Assembly: GCA_043813605.1 (NCBI GenBank)
Contig: JBDRKX010000017.1
Span: 1-26,605 of the forward strand
DNA: 26,605 nucleotides
Reading direction: 5' to 3'
From: Elusimicrobiota bacterium
GTDB taxonomy: Bacteria > CG03 > SLGR01 > JBDRKX01
Shown here: one piece after another, positions 16,578 through 26,401 of the stretch
How positions within the stretch are numbered: the stretch's first letter is position 1
Layout: every line of letters starts with the position of its first letter
Position numbers and translations under genes: made by a program
The notes under the pieces: generated by a model
Database searches by the model: none
Seen by the model: only the letters and a program-made list of their open reading frames with translations
Told to the model about the DNA's origin: nothing

Positions 16578-17717
16578 TTATCTCCGGACCTTTCTCAAAA
16601 CTTTTTCACGCTTTTTCGATATATTCAGAATGACTCCGACAGCAAACATATTAAAAAGCAGCGATGAACCTCCGAAACTGACAAAAGGCAGAGACAGCCC
16701 TTTAGTAGGAAGACATCCCGTCACCACTCCTATATTAATAATTGCTTGTATAGAAATCAAAAATGTGAGTCCGGCGGCCATCACCCTTCCCAAATATTCT
16801 TTCTGGTTCAATGCTATCTTTATGCCGCGCCAGGCAAATAGAGAGAACAGGATCAGCACACAGTATGAGCCTATTATTCCGAGTTCCTGGCCGATCACGG
16901 CAAACACAAAATCAGTGTGCACTTCCGGGATAAAAAACAGTTTCTGATAACCGGCGCCCAATCCCACTCCTCTCATACCGCCGTCACCGAGCGCGACTAT
17001 ACTGTGCGACAACTGAAAACCCGAATCGTACATGTTTTCAAAAGGTTTGAGAAAACTCAAAAGTCTTTCCCGGCGATAACCGAAAGAAACAGCAGCATAG
17101 ATCATAAACGGCAGAAACATCAGCGCACCTATTAACAGGTGCTTTGTCTTCACCCCGCCCAGGAAGAGCATAGCCCCGGCAGAAGTTATTATCAGGGCGG
17201 ATGTTCCAAAATCCGGCTGCATATATATAAGAAAAACAATGAGCATAACCAGAAGAAGCGGCGGCAGCAGGTCTTTATAGAAAGTACCTATCTTTGAAAA
17301 TTTCCTGTCCAGGATAGATGCCATATATATTATTACGACCACTTTTGCCAATTCAGCCGGCTGGAAACCTATACCCGCAAACCTGATCCATCTTCTGGCG
17401 CCGCCTACAGAATGGCCTATAAAAGGCATCAGTACAGCTGCGAGCAGTATAATTATCAGGAATATTCCCGGTCTTGAGAATTTTGCCCATTTTTTGTAAT
17501 CGGTATTCAGCCCCAGGATAAAAGAAAAAACACCTATAACCACCCAGATGGACTGCCTGAATACAAAGAAATACATATTGTTATACCGTTCCTGCGCAAT
17601 GATCGCAGATGAACTGAATACCATAATGATACCTATTATTATAAGGATATATGTAACAGAGAAAAGAATAATATCAAAACCGGGGTTTTTCAGCTTCCTG
17701 CCAATTCTTCTATCCAT
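16578..17717 (-). CDS. ftsW: SEDS peptidoglycan polymerase FtsW
   Basis: Multi-TM protein with GARRWI, FQPAELAK, QPDFGT, PEVHTDF and PTKGLSLPFVSFGGSS. Lies between murD and murG. Confidence 0.96.
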   Translation of the reverse strand: MDRRIGRKLKNPGFDIILFSVTYILIIIGIIMVFSSSAIIAQERYNNMYFFVFRQSIWVVIGVFSFILGLNTDYKKWAKFSRPGIFLIIILLAAVLMPFIGHSVGGARRWIRFAGIGFQPAELAKVVVIIYMASILDRKFSKIGTFYKDLLPPLLLVMLIVFLIYMQPDFGTSALIITSAGAMLFLGGVKTKHLLIGALMFLPFMIYAAVSFGYRRERLLSFLKPFENMYDSGFQLSHSIVALGDGGMRGVGLGAGYQKLFFIPEVHTDFVFAVIGQELGIIGSYCVLILFSLFAWRGIKIALNQKEYLGRVMAAGLTFLISIQAIINIGVVTGCLPTKGLSLPFVSFGGSSLLFNMFAVGVILNISKKREKVLRKVRR

Positions 17718-19039
17718 ATCTTGAACTTGTCGCCCCTTTCACAGTAATTGTTGAACTCATCAAAACTGGAACCGCCGGGAGACAGCAATACCGTATCACC
17801 GGCAGACGCTTTTTTTAACGCCGCTACAACAGCTTCTTTAAAACTTTTACATTCGTACAGCGGTACGATACCATCGCAAATAGCGGTTATCTCATCTCTT
17901 GATTCTCCGAAAGCGATCACAAGTGACACCTTTTCTTTGATGATCTTTCTGATATCCGGATGCTTCTGGTGTTTTGAACGCCCTCCCATCAGCAATATTA
18001 TTGGGCCCGGTATGCTTTCCAGCGCCCTTAGAGTCGAATCCATGTTAGTCGCCTTGGAATCGTTAATAAATGTTACACCCTTTTTAACGGCAAATTTTTC
18101 CAGTCTGTGTTTCCCTAATTTGAATCCGGATATATCCGGTGACGCTTTATTTCCGAGTGCCTTCCAGCAAGCTGCAACCGCCATCAGATTTTCCCTGTTA
18201 TGCGTACCGGGAAGGGAGATAGATTCTCCCCTGAAAATGATCTCCTCCAGCCCGTTACGGTCAACAGATACTATATTGCCGTTTCTCATGAATACGCCTT
18301 CAGGCAGTTCTCTTCTTGAAGAAAAAAATATTTTTTTTGATTCTATTTTACTGACAAATTCATCTACATTTTCTATTTCATAGTTTACGATCGCGGTATT
18401 CCCGGATGACTGGTTTTTCAATATGCTCTTTTTTGCATCATAATAATCTTCTGCCGAGCCGTGCCAGTCAATATGTTCAGGAAAAAGGTTAAGAACTATA
18501 CCGACATCAGGTATAAGCGAAGGTGTGAATACCGCCTGGTAACTCGACACCTCCAGTATTACAAGGCTGCCCGCTTTGATATCGCTGACCTTTGAAGTGA
18601 GCGGGCACCCGATATTACCCGCCAGTATCCCGCCTGCTATATGCCAGATCAATTCACATGTGGTAGTTTTACCGTTTGTCCCTGTAACCGCAACGACCGT
18701 AACATCAGGTAGAAACACCACTCCCAGTTCCAGTTCACTTATTACGCCGATTCCATTGGACAAGGCCCTCTTTATAATACTGTTGGAAGGAGAAATACCC
18801 GGACTGGTTATGATCCTGTCATAACCGTCTATGTCTATTTCTTCGGGAAGCCGGCCGCATTCGAACCTGACTGATTCCTTTATATCCGGGGGAATATCCG
18901 ATATGTCTTCCAGTGACCGAATATCATAGGCCGTTACATCGGCCTTCTGTTCCAGGAGCAGCCTGCATGCTGACAATCCGCTGTCAGCCATTCCGAGTAC
19001 CAGAATTCTTTTTCTGCTGAGATCTCTCCCGTTTTTCAT
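17690..19039 (-). CDS. murD: UDP-MurNAc-L-Ala--D-glutamate ligase
   Basis: SPGI, VTGTNGKTTT, AGNIG, LEVSSYQ, HRLE, NDSKATN and LLSPGGSSFDEF..YCERG. Confidence 0.96.
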   Translation of the reverse strand: MKNGRDLSRKRILVLGMADSGLSACRLLLEQKADVTAYDIRSLEDISDIPPDIKESVRFECGRLPEEIDIDGYDRIITSPGISPSNSIIKRALSNGIGVISELELGVVFLPDVTVVAVTGTNGKTTTCELIWHIAGGILAGNIGCPLTSKVSDIKAGSLVILEVSSYQAVFTPSLIPDVGIVLNLFPEHIDWHGSAEDYYDAKKSILKNQSSGNTAIVNYEIENVDEFVSKIESKKIFFSSRRELPEGVFMRNGNIVSVDRNGLEEIIFRGESISLPGTHNRENLMAVAACWKALGNKASPDISGFKLGKHRLEKFAVKKGVTFINDSKATNMDSTLRALESIPGPIILLMGGRSKHQKHPDIRKIIKEKVSLVIAFGESRDEITAICDGIVPLYECKSFKEAVVAALKKASAGDTVLLSPGGSSFDEFNNYCERGDKFKIWIEELAGS

Positions 19040-19040
19040 C

Positions 19041-20126
19041 CTATCTCAGTTTCAGAGTAGCAAGAGCGGCAAGAGAGAGTATTATCGCAATTATCCAGAA
19101 CCTGACCACAACTTGAGGTTCACTCCAGCCGCAGAGTTCAAAATGATGATGAAGAGGAGCCATCTTAAATACCCTCTTCCCTTTCCACCTGAAAAAAAAG
19201 ACCTGGATAATTACCGACATTATCTCGACAAGAAAAACACCTCCTACGATCAGAAGAAGGATCTCCTGCCTTATTATTATGGCACTTATTCCGATAACAC
19301 CACCCATGAAAAGACTGGCAGTATCGCCCATGAATATCTGGGCCGGGAATATATTGTACCATAGAAATCCGAGACCTGCTCCCGCCAGGGTCATAAGAAA
19401 AATACTGATCTCACCCGAACCTTTTATATGCGGGAGAAAAAGATACGCACTGAACTTTGAATGTCCGGATATATATGTAAGAACAGAATATGTTAACGCG
19501 GCAAAAATTATCCCGCCGATCGCCAATCCGTCCAGCCCGTCAGTGATGTTAACGGCGTTTGAAGTGGCTACGATTGTAATTATAATAAAAAAGATGTAAA
19601 GCGAACCCAGGTTGATAAAGAAATCTTTGAAGAACGGAACACTCAGCGAGTACGGAGCCGCCGGATTCGTGGGATTCATATAAAAATATGCCGCAAGCAC
19701 TATGCCCAGGACTACCTGCCAGAGCAGTTTGAACGCAGGGCTTATTCCTTTCGGGTTCACGCTTGTAGATGACGTATTATCGTCGATAAAGCCTAGCATG
19801 CCGAGCCATAAAGTACTTCCAAGCAGTATGATTATATATATGTTATCCAGCCGCGCCCAGAGGAGGACGGAGATTATCAGGGACAGGAGGATTATTATGC
19901 CGCCCATTGTAGGAGTACCCTGCTTCTGCATATGCCTCTCGGGGGCGTCGCTCTTTATAACCTGGATCCTTTTTTTGTTTTTCAGCCAGCGTATCACGGA
20001 AGGAGCTATGATAAAATTTATTATCAGCGCGGTTATAAAGGCCATTGCGGCCCTGAATGTTATGTATCTCATAACATTCAGGGGAGAAAAAACGTCACTG
20101 AACGGATATAAGAGATGGTACAGCAT
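19041..20126 (-). CDS. mraY: Phospho-N-acetylmuramoyl-pentapeptide transferase
   Basis: KQGTPTMGG, GFIDD, SNAVNITDGLDGL, PAQIFMGDT and MAPLHHHFEL. Confidence 0.98.
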   Translation of the reverse strand: MLYHLLYPFSDVFSPLNVMRYITFRAAMAFITALIINFIIAPSVIRWLKNKKRIQVIKSDAPERHMQKQGTPTMGGIIILLSLIISVLLWARLDNIYIIILLGSTLWLGMLGFIDDNTSSTSVNPKGISPAFKLLWQVVLGIVLAAYFYMNPTNPAAPYSLSVPFFKDFFINLGSLYIFFIIITIVATSNAVNITDGLDGLAIGGIIFAALTYSVLTYISGHSKFSAYLFLPHIKGSGEISIFLMTLAGAGLGFLWYNIFPAQIFMGDTASLFMGGVIGISAIIIRQEILLLIVGGVFLVEIMSVIIQVFFFRWKGKRVFKMAPLHHHFELCGWSEPQVVVRFWIIAIILSLAALATLKLR

Positions 20127-20130
20127 ATAA

Positions 20131-21474
20131 TTATTCTTTCAGATCTTCTATGATCTTTTCCAGTTTTTGTCTTCTGGATGCCTTGATGACAACAAGAGAG
20201 TTATTATCAGCCTTCCGCCTGATCAATCCGGCGGCTTCGCTGCTTGTAGAGAAGAGATGGGTATTTTCCCCGTCTAATCCGCCCTCAATTGCTCCTTCAA
20301 TTAGTTTTTCCGCATAGCTCCCGCCTGCGATAAGGCACTTAACATTATCCAATCCCGCGATATACCGGCCCGCCTCCCTGTGGAACTTCGCCGAATATTC
20401 CCCCAACTCAAGCATCTCTCCGATTACAGCGATTATATCCTTTTGAGGATAAATTTTCAATAACTCGGAGAAAAGTGTTTTTAAAGAAGCCGGACTGGAA
20501 TTATACGAATCATCAATTATTTTTATTCCGTTGATCTCGATGGTCTCCAGCCTGTGCGAAAGCGCGCACATCTCCCTGAAAGCTGAATCCACATCTTCAA
20601 AACTTATGTCAAAGATCTTTGCTGTGGCTACTGCCGCCAGTGCATTGTATACATTGAAGATACACGGCATATTGAGTTTGAATGTATAACCTTCGACCTC
20701 GAATATAGTCGATTCATGGTCAAATTGAAGTATCTGAAATGTCATGTCCGCAGCAGGATCTTTTCCGAATCCAAGAAGATTCAGTTTTACTCCGTATTTT
20801 ATGGCTTCATCTCTGATCTCCGGCTGATCAAAATTATATATGAGCGTCCCGCCCTCCGGCAGAGACCGGGCCAGTTCGAATTTGGCATCCAGTATCTTGC
20901 GGGGACCGCCGAAATATCCGATATGCGCATCACCTATGTTTGTCAGTATTCCGATACATGGACCCGCAATATCAGAGAGAGATGCTATTTCCCCGGTATG
21001 ATTAGCTCCCATCTCCAGTACCGCTATCTCGGTACTCTTGTCTATCCCGAGCAGAGCGAGCGGAAGGCCTATGTGATTATTAAAATTTTTTTGAGAAGAA
21101 TGGACTTTATATGCTTTCCCGAGTACGCTCCTTATCAGCCTGGTTGTAGTCGTTTTGCCGTTTGAACCGGTTATTCCCACCACAATACAATCAAGAGTTT
21201 TCCTGTATTCGCGTGCAATATCAGAAAGAGCTTCAAGTGATGACTTAACAACTATGTCGCAGTCATCTCTCTCGCCGATCGTACACCCCCCCTTGGAACG
21301 CACTTCTTCCTGATACTCATGTCCGTCACTTTTAGTTCCCTTAAGACAGAAGAAAAGAGTTTCTTCTTCTGCATCTCTTGAGTCGATGACCGCTTTTTTT
21401 ATATATATGTCACCGGCGATATTCAACCGGCCGGAAACCCAGCCGGCAATAGTATTGATACTGGTTTTTTCCAT
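20131..21474 (-). CDS. murF: UDP-MurNAc-tripeptide--D-Ala-D-Ala ligase
   Basis: IDSR, ITGSNGKTTT, NFNNHIGLP, EMGANHTGEI, DDSYNSSP, GEMLELG and KASR. Confidence 0.96.
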   Translation of the reverse strand: MEKTSINTIAGWVSGRLNIAGDIYIKKAVIDSRDAEEETLFFCLKGTKSDGHEYQEEVRSKGGCTIGERDDCDIVVKSSLEALSDIAREYRKTLDCIVVGITGSNGKTTTTRLIRSVLGKAYKVHSSQKNFNNHIGLPLALLGIDKSTEIAVLEMGANHTGEIASLSDIAGPCIGILTNIGDAHIGYFGGPRKILDAKFELARSLPEGGTLIYNFDQPEIRDEAIKYGVKLNLLGFGKDPAADMTFQILQFDHESTIFEVEGYTFKLNMPCIFNVYNALAAVATAKIFDISFEDVDSAFREMCALSHRLETIEINGIKIIDDSYNSSPASLKTLFSELLKIYPQKDIIAVIGEMLELGEYSAKFHREAGRYIAGLDNVKCLIAGGSYAEKLIEGAIEGGLDGENTHLFSTSSEAAGLIRRKADNNSLVVIKASRRQKLEKIIEDLKE

Positions 21475-21492
21475 AATAAAGAGCTTTCAGGT

Positions 21493-22944
21493 CTATATGT
21501 AACTTTTAGCTACCATACGGTCTGAAAAGAATATTTTCTGCTCTCCTATAATCTGATATTCTTCATCTCCTTTACCTGCTATCAGAATACAATCGCTTTC
21601 ATTAGCATTCTTTATCGCTTTCCTGATAGCTTCTTCCCTGTCCTCTTCTACTTCGTAAGGCGTAGCTGTATCCCTTATACCGACCTCGATATCGAGTATG
21701 ATGCTCATAGATTCTTCGCTTCTCGGATTGTCCGATGTCAAATATACCTTATCGGACAGAATACCGGCGACTTTCCCCATAAGCGGTCTTTTTTCCCTGT
21801 CCCTGTCGCCTCCGCATCCGAATACACATATAAGCCGGCCGTTCACCATGCGTCTCAGTGTCATCAGGATATTTTCCAGCGCAACAGGCGTATGCGCGTA
21901 ATCAATAACAACAAACCTGTCAGATCCGTCTTCTTTGCTAAGAATCTCACACCTTCCCGGAACCGGCACCGCCCGGCTGATCGCCTTACAGATATTTTCC
22001 ATATTTCTTCCTCCTTCCATCGCCCACGCTGCTGCAGCGAGGCAATTGTATACATTAAACTTCCCGATCAATCCCGCACTGACCTCACTTGATCCCTGCG
22101 GCGTTATCAGATTAAACGTACTTCCCTTCATGTTGATGTCGATTATCTCGGCCATATAATCCGCTTTGTTCTCTATCGCGTATGTAACAGGCTGGAATCC
22201 GATATCTCTGCACATCCTCACTCCATATACATCATCAACATTGATGACAGCCGCACCTTTCTCCTTCTTTCTAAGCAGTCCGAAAAGTCTGAGCTTGCTG
22301 AGGTAATATTCTTCCAGGGATCTGTGAAAATCAAGATGATCCTGTGTTAGATTCGTAAAAATCGCCTTTTCGAATTTCACGTTTTCGACTCTTTTCAGGA
22401 CAAGCGCGTGTGATGAGACCTCCATCGCCACTTTATCAACTCCGGCAGAAGCCATAACGCTGAATATAAAGTGGAGGTCATTTGCAAGCGGTGTAGTCAG
22501 ACCGAAACTGCCTTTCTTACTGCCGTAAAAGTAACCTGACGTACCTATCAGACCGGCTGCACCTTCCTCGGACAGCATCTGATAGATGATATTCGTGATG
22601 GTGGTCTTACCATTGGTCCCGGTAACACCGGTGATCGTCATGCTATCCGACGGGCATCCGTAAAATACTGATGACCACTCAGAGAGAGCATGCCTTGAAT
22701 CTTCAACGTAGACCACCGCTGTTCCCGGCACATTTACCTTTTTCTCGGTAACAACTGCCAATGCACCGTTTTTTACAGCATCTTCAATATAGTCTGCACC
22801 ATCAGCTTTTTCTCCCTTTAACGCGAAAAACAGCCCGCCGGCCTCTACCCTGTTGGAATCAGCGGCTATACCCGTTATCTCTATATCCATGTCACCATCG
22901 GTAGCCGAGGGCCGGTATGATCCGAACAGCTCGTTCAATCTCAC
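21493..22944 (-). CDS. murE: UDP-MurNAc-dipeptide--meso-diaminopimelate ligase
   Basis: VTGTNGKTT, MEVSSH, FTNLTQDHLDFH, DYAHTP, FGCGGDRDREKR, DNPR and AGKG. The GTG start overlaps the ftsI stop (GTGA). Confidence 0.97.
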   Translation of the reverse strand: MRLNELFGSYRPSATDGDMDIEITGIAADSNRVEAGGLFFALKGEKADGADYIEDAVKNGALAVVTEKKVNVPGTAVVYVEDSRHALSEWSSVFYGCPSDSMTITGVTGTNGKTTITNIIYQMLSEEGAAGLIGTSGYFYGSKKGSFGLTTPLANDLHFIFSVMASAGVDKVAMEVSSHALVLKRVENVKFEKAIFTNLTQDHLDFHRSLEEYYLSKLRLFGLLRKKEKGAAVINVDDVYGVRMCRDIGFQPVTYAIENKADYMAEIIDINMKGSTFNLITPQGSSEVSAGLIGKFNVYNCLAAAAWAMEGGRNMENICKAISRAVPVPGRCEILSKEDGSDRFVVIDYAHTPVALENILMTLRRMVNGRLICVFGCGGDRDREKRPLMGKVAGILSDKVYLTSDNPRSEESMSIILDIEVGIRDTATPYEVEEDREEAIRKAIKNANESDCILIAGKGDEEYQIIGEQKIFFSDRMVAKSYI

Positions 22945-24614
22945 TCTGTAACTCCTGAAGGCGGTATATTCATATAGTTCAATGCAGCTCTTGCGATTGC
23001 TGAAAACACCGGAGCGGCGACATAACCTCCCCAGTAAAGCTCTGTCTCCGGTTCATCAAAAGCTACTATAATGGTCAGTTCCGGGGTTTCTGCCGGGACA
23101 AAACCTCCGAACAGTGCAATATATTTGTCTTCTTTATATGTCTGTGTATCCGGATTGTATTTTTGTGCGGTGCCGGTCTTTCCCGCTACTTTATACCCCT
23201 CGACCGCGGCCTGCATGCCGGAACCCTCTTCCACTACTTTCTTCATCATACCGGTTATTGTCTCGGCCGTTTGAGCGCTCACTACCCTCCTGATCATTAT
23301 TGATTCGAATTCCCGGGATTTGTCATTTATCACGATCCTGTCGATTATCCTGGGCTCATATAACAGCCCGCCGTTTGCAATTACTGAAAATGCCCCTACC
23401 AGTTGGAGAGCTGTGACACCGATCTCCTGTCCAAACGCGATCCTTGATACACTTGTACCTGACCATCGATCCGGTTTTCTTAATATCCCGCGCGGCTCGC
23501 CCGGAAGTCTTATCCCGGTAAAATTCCCGAAACCGAAGTCCCTTGCATATTTATAAAGAAGCCGTCTTCCCAGTCTTGCCCCTACTTTAGCAAGAGCTAT
23601 ATTCGAAGAATGTACCATACAATTTTCAAATGTCAGTTTCTCATACGGCTTAAAATCACGGATAGGAAATCCACCTACTTCATATTCCCCGTTCTCACAA
23701 TCAATGATCTCGTCAGTCTTTATAAGTTTTTCTTCTATGGCGGCCGCTGCCGTTACGATCTTGAATGTAGAACCCGGTTCGAATATATTTGAAACAGACA
23801 TATTCTTCAGTGCTTCCACATCGCTTACCACGAGGCTGTTGTTATCGAAAGAAGGATACTGTGCCATTGCCAGTATATGACCGTTGGACGGGTTCTGTAT
23901 TATTGCCAGCCCCCATTTGGGCTTATACTTTTTAAAACCGCTCATAAGTTCCCGTTCGGCTATATACTGCAGGTTCGCGTCAATAGTGAGATATATCTTG
24001 CTCACACTGTCTTCAGATGAGTCATCCCTTGAGGAAAGATTGACTATCCGCCCTTTGGCGTCTCTAAGAAATTCGCAGTCAGCTACCTTATCCTTAAGCT
24101 GATCATCGAAATTATATTCGATACCCGAGAGCCCCTGGTTATCCGTTCCCACGCATCCTATAACCTGGGCCGCCATGGGTGCCTTTGGATAATACCGGGA
24201 GTTTTCCTTGACTATCACAAGGCCGTCCTTGCGGTACTCTAATATCCCGCTGATATCCTGCGGGTCAACATGTCTTACATACCACACAAAATCATTGCTG
24301 TCTTCGAATTTTGATATATCTACTTTCAGCGATCCCAGTACAGCTTTTTTCATCTCTTCCGTATGGGCGCCGTACTTGTAGTTGAATCCCACAGAATATG
24401 TATGTTTATTGATAGCCAGCTGTACACCGTTTCTATCGCATATCTCACCCCTGTACGGGGATACCCTGCTTATATGGACAGAATAATTATCTTTGGCCAT
24501 TTCACTGTATTTCGCATGGCAGTTTATCTGTATATGAAAAAGTCTCACCCCCAACCCGGCATATAATACAAACAGCCCCAACAATATGAATATTATGCGG
24601 AATTTTGCCAGCAT
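22941..24614 (-). CDS. ftsI: Class B penicillin-binding protein FtsI (PBP3)
   Basis: N-terminal TM, RGEICDRNG, GLSGIE, LTID, SxxK (EPGSTFK), SxN (SSN) and KTGTAQ. No PASTA domain visible. Lies between ftsL and murE. Confidence 0.95.
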   Translation of the reverse strand: MLAKFRIIFILLGLFVLYAGLGVRLFHIQINCHAKYSEMAKDNYSVHISRVSPYRGEICDRNGVQLAINKHTYSVGFNYKYGAHTEEMKKAVLGSLKVDISKFEDSNDFVWYVRHVDPQDISGILEYRKDGLVIVKENSRYYPKAPMAAQVIGCVGTDNQGLSGIEYNFDDQLKDKVADCEFLRDAKGRIVNLSSRDDSSEDSVSKIYLTIDANLQYIAERELMSGFKKYKPKWGLAIIQNPSNGHILAMAQYPSFDNNSLVVSDVEALKNMSVSNIFEPGSTFKIVTAAAAIEEKLIKTDEIIDCENGEYEVGGFPIRDFKPYEKLTFENCMVHSSNIALAKVGARLGRRLLYKYARDFGFGNFTGIRLPGEPRGILRKPDRWSGTSVSRIAFGQEIGVTALQLVGAFSVIANGGLLYEPRIIDRIVINDKSREFESIMIRRVVSAQTAETITGMMKKVVEEGSGMQAAVEGYKVAGKTGTAQKYNPDTQTYKEDKYIALFGGFVPAETPELTIIVAFDEPETELYWGGYVAAPVFSAIARAALNYMNIPPSGVTE

Positions 24615-24620
24615 AGACGG

Positions 24621-24989
24621 TTACCTCGCCTCGGCATCGGCCGGTGAAAACATATCCTTCAAACACGCTACCAGAGACGAATTTCGTCTTTTCTTATCAT
24701 TACCCGGAACAGCCTCTTTGATCCTGAGAACCCGGCAATTCTCAATTCTGGGGATATCCATTTTAAATGATTTTTTTGCATGGTCCTCGATTATGTACAG
24801 ATTGTATTTACCATGATATTCTTTCATCAGATGCTGTTTCTTGATCTCTTCTTTCCTTATCTTCTCCTGCAGGCTGGTGATCGTATATCCGAGCCTGAAT
24901 ATAGTGACCTGCTGCCATGTAACAAAGAAAAGTATCAGAAAGACCGCTGAAAAAACTATTATGTAGGCTCGTATATGCTCTCTACGCAT
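24621..24989 (-). CDS. ftsL: Cell division protein FtsL (putative)
   Basis: Short N-terminus, one TM, coiled coil starting LGYxI and an IEDHAKKSFKM.IP pattern. Lies between rsmH and ftsI. Confidence 0.8.
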   Translation of the reverse strand: MRREHIRAYIIVFSAVFLILFFVTWQQVTIFRLGYTITSLQEKIRKEEIKKQHLMKEYHGKYNLYIIEDHAKKSFKMDIPRIENCRVLRIKEAVPGNDKKRRNSSLVACLKDMFSPADAEAR

Positions 24990-25935
24990 GAGCTTGTATA
25001 ACTACTTCACATCCTCTCAAATGTGAGCTCCTTGCAGAGGGATTAGCCATTATCTCCTTTTGTCCCGGACGCATCGCTTTTAATACCCTGACCCTGGGAC
25101 TGCGCAGAGAAGCATCGCACCTGCATACAGGAAATCCCTTAGGACAGACGCACTTCCCGGAATAATCGGCAAGAAAAGCTTTTACTATCCTGTCTTCAAG
25201 AGAATGATATGTTAAGACTGCCATCCTCTTGCCTTTTCCCAGAAGCCTGACAGCTCTTTCAAGTCCTTTACGCAGTTCCTCAAGCTCATTGTTGATGAAT
25301 ATCCTTATGCCCTGAAAGGTCTTTGTGGCAGGATGTATCCTGGTGTGGGTAAGCCGTTTTGCATTCTTTACGATCATAGAAAGTTCCAGGGAAGTAGTTA
25401 TCTTTTTATTTTTTCTATGTGTCATTATCGCCGCGGTGATCCGTCTGTATTCTTTTTCCTCACCGAATTCTTTAAGCACTTTTTCGATCTCCGCGGAGGG
25501 CGCATTATTGATCCATTCGGAAGCTGTCATCCCAGCTGAAGTATCATACCTCATATCCAGGACTTCGTCTTTCATAAAGCTGAATCCCTTTCCGCTCGCT
25601 TCTATATGTCTCATAGAAAAACCGAGATCCAGCAGTATTCCGTCAATTGACCTTATTTCAAGTTCTTTTAGCAGGTTTTCTATATTTGCATAGGAATCAC
25701 AGAACAGCCTGAAATCATCTGTCTTTTCAGATATCCTCTCTTCAGCGATCTTCAGGTTATCTTTATCCCTGTCCACTCCGACAAGTAATCCACCGGGTAT
25801 GATCTTTTCCAATATAAGAACAGCATGTCCGCCCTCTCCGACAGTACCGTCAACTATGATATTGCCTGGTTCGGGTTTTAAAAAACCCATTACTTCTTCG
25901 GCCATTACCGGTTTGTGAATTATTTTTTTATTCAA
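24982..25935 (-). CDS. rsmH: 16S rRNA m4C1402 methyltransferase RsmH (MraW)
   Basis: HKPVM, DGTVGEGGH, DLGFS, GFSF..LDMR, HPATKTFQGIRIFINNEL, YHSLEDRIVK and NPSARS. TTG start. Confidence 0.97.
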   Translation of the reverse strand: MNKKIIHKPVMAEEVMGFLKPEPGNIIVDGTVGEGGHAVLILEKIIPGGLLVGVDRDKDNLKIAEERISEKTDDFRLFCDSYANIENLLKELEIRSIDGILLDLGFSMRHIEASGKGFSFMKDEVLDMRYDTSAGMTASEWINNAPSAEIEKVLKEFGEEKEYRRITAAIMTHRKNKKITTSLELSMIVKNAKRLTHTRIHPATKTFQGIRIFINNELEELRKGLERAVRLLGKGKRMAVLTYHSLEDRIVKAFLADYSGKCVCPKGFPVCRCDASLRSPRVRVLKAMRPGQKEIMANPSARSSHLRGCEVVIQAHA

Positions 25936-25947
25936 TTGTAAATCCGA

Positions 25948-26391
25948 TCAAAAATCCAGTTCCGTAATATTTTCAGCCAGTTCAGAATAATTTTTTTCAG
26001 ACTTCTGAAAATATTCATTCCATTTTTTAGGATTCCAGAACTCGATACGGTTTAGCATGCCGATAACCGTGCAGGAACGTTTTATTTGTGCGTATTCAAT
26101 TAATTTATCCGGAAGCAGTATCCTTCCCTGATTGTCGCAGGCGAGGATTCTGGCGCGTGATAGAAGTATTCTCACAAAACTTCTGGCATCTTTCTTGGTA
26201 AGAGGGAGATTCTTTATCCCTTCAGTAATTTTTTCCCACTCGTTGTCAGGAAACAGGAATAGGCATTTTTCAAGGCCTGCAGTTACTATCCAGGTTTTTG
26301 TTATCCTGAAATCTACAGGTATAAAAACCCTTTTCTTTGTATCAACACTATGACTGTATTCGCCTATTAGTTTTCCGCCACTTTTCACCAC
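25948..26391 (-). CDS. mraZ: Division/cell-wall cluster transcriptional repressor MraZ
   Basis: GEYSHSVDTKKRVFIP and DNQGRILLP (two DxxxR motifs), GLEKCL and IGMLNRIEFW. First gene of the cluster. The start is GTG and its exact position is uncertain. Confidence 0.95.
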   Translation of the reverse strand: MVKSGGKLIGEYSHSVDTKKRVFIPVDFRITKTWIVTAGLEKCLFLFPDNEWEKITEGIKNLPLTKKDARSFVRILLSRARILACDNQGRILLPDKLIEYAQIKRSCTVIGMLNRIEFWNPKKWNEYFQKSEKNYSELAENITELDF

Positions 26392-26401
26392 TCTAAACCA
26401 C
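26378..26401 (-). promoter_or_regulatory. Putative MraZ operator: three GTGG boxes with 10-bp period
   Basis: Minus strand reads GTGG-TTTAGA-GTGG-TGAAAA-GTGG (26401-26398, 26391-26388, 26381-26378). This matches the GTGG-N6 repeat architecture known for MraZ operators. Confidence 0.8.

Noticed and set aside
3719..22055. Short same-strand out-of-frame ORFs (3719-3934, 19165-19362, 21864-22055)
   Set aside because: They are nested in ileS, mraY and murE, whose main frames are intact and full length, so there is no sign of frameshifting or overprinting.
398..26353. The many plus-strand ORFs of 60-259 aa in the track (e.g. 9197-9823, 9268-9981, 14910-15689, 17748-18383)
   Set aside because: All lie antisense to well-supported minus-strand genes and show no recognisable motifs. 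Many have the Ser/Ile/Phe/Pro-rich composition typical of shadow ORFs.
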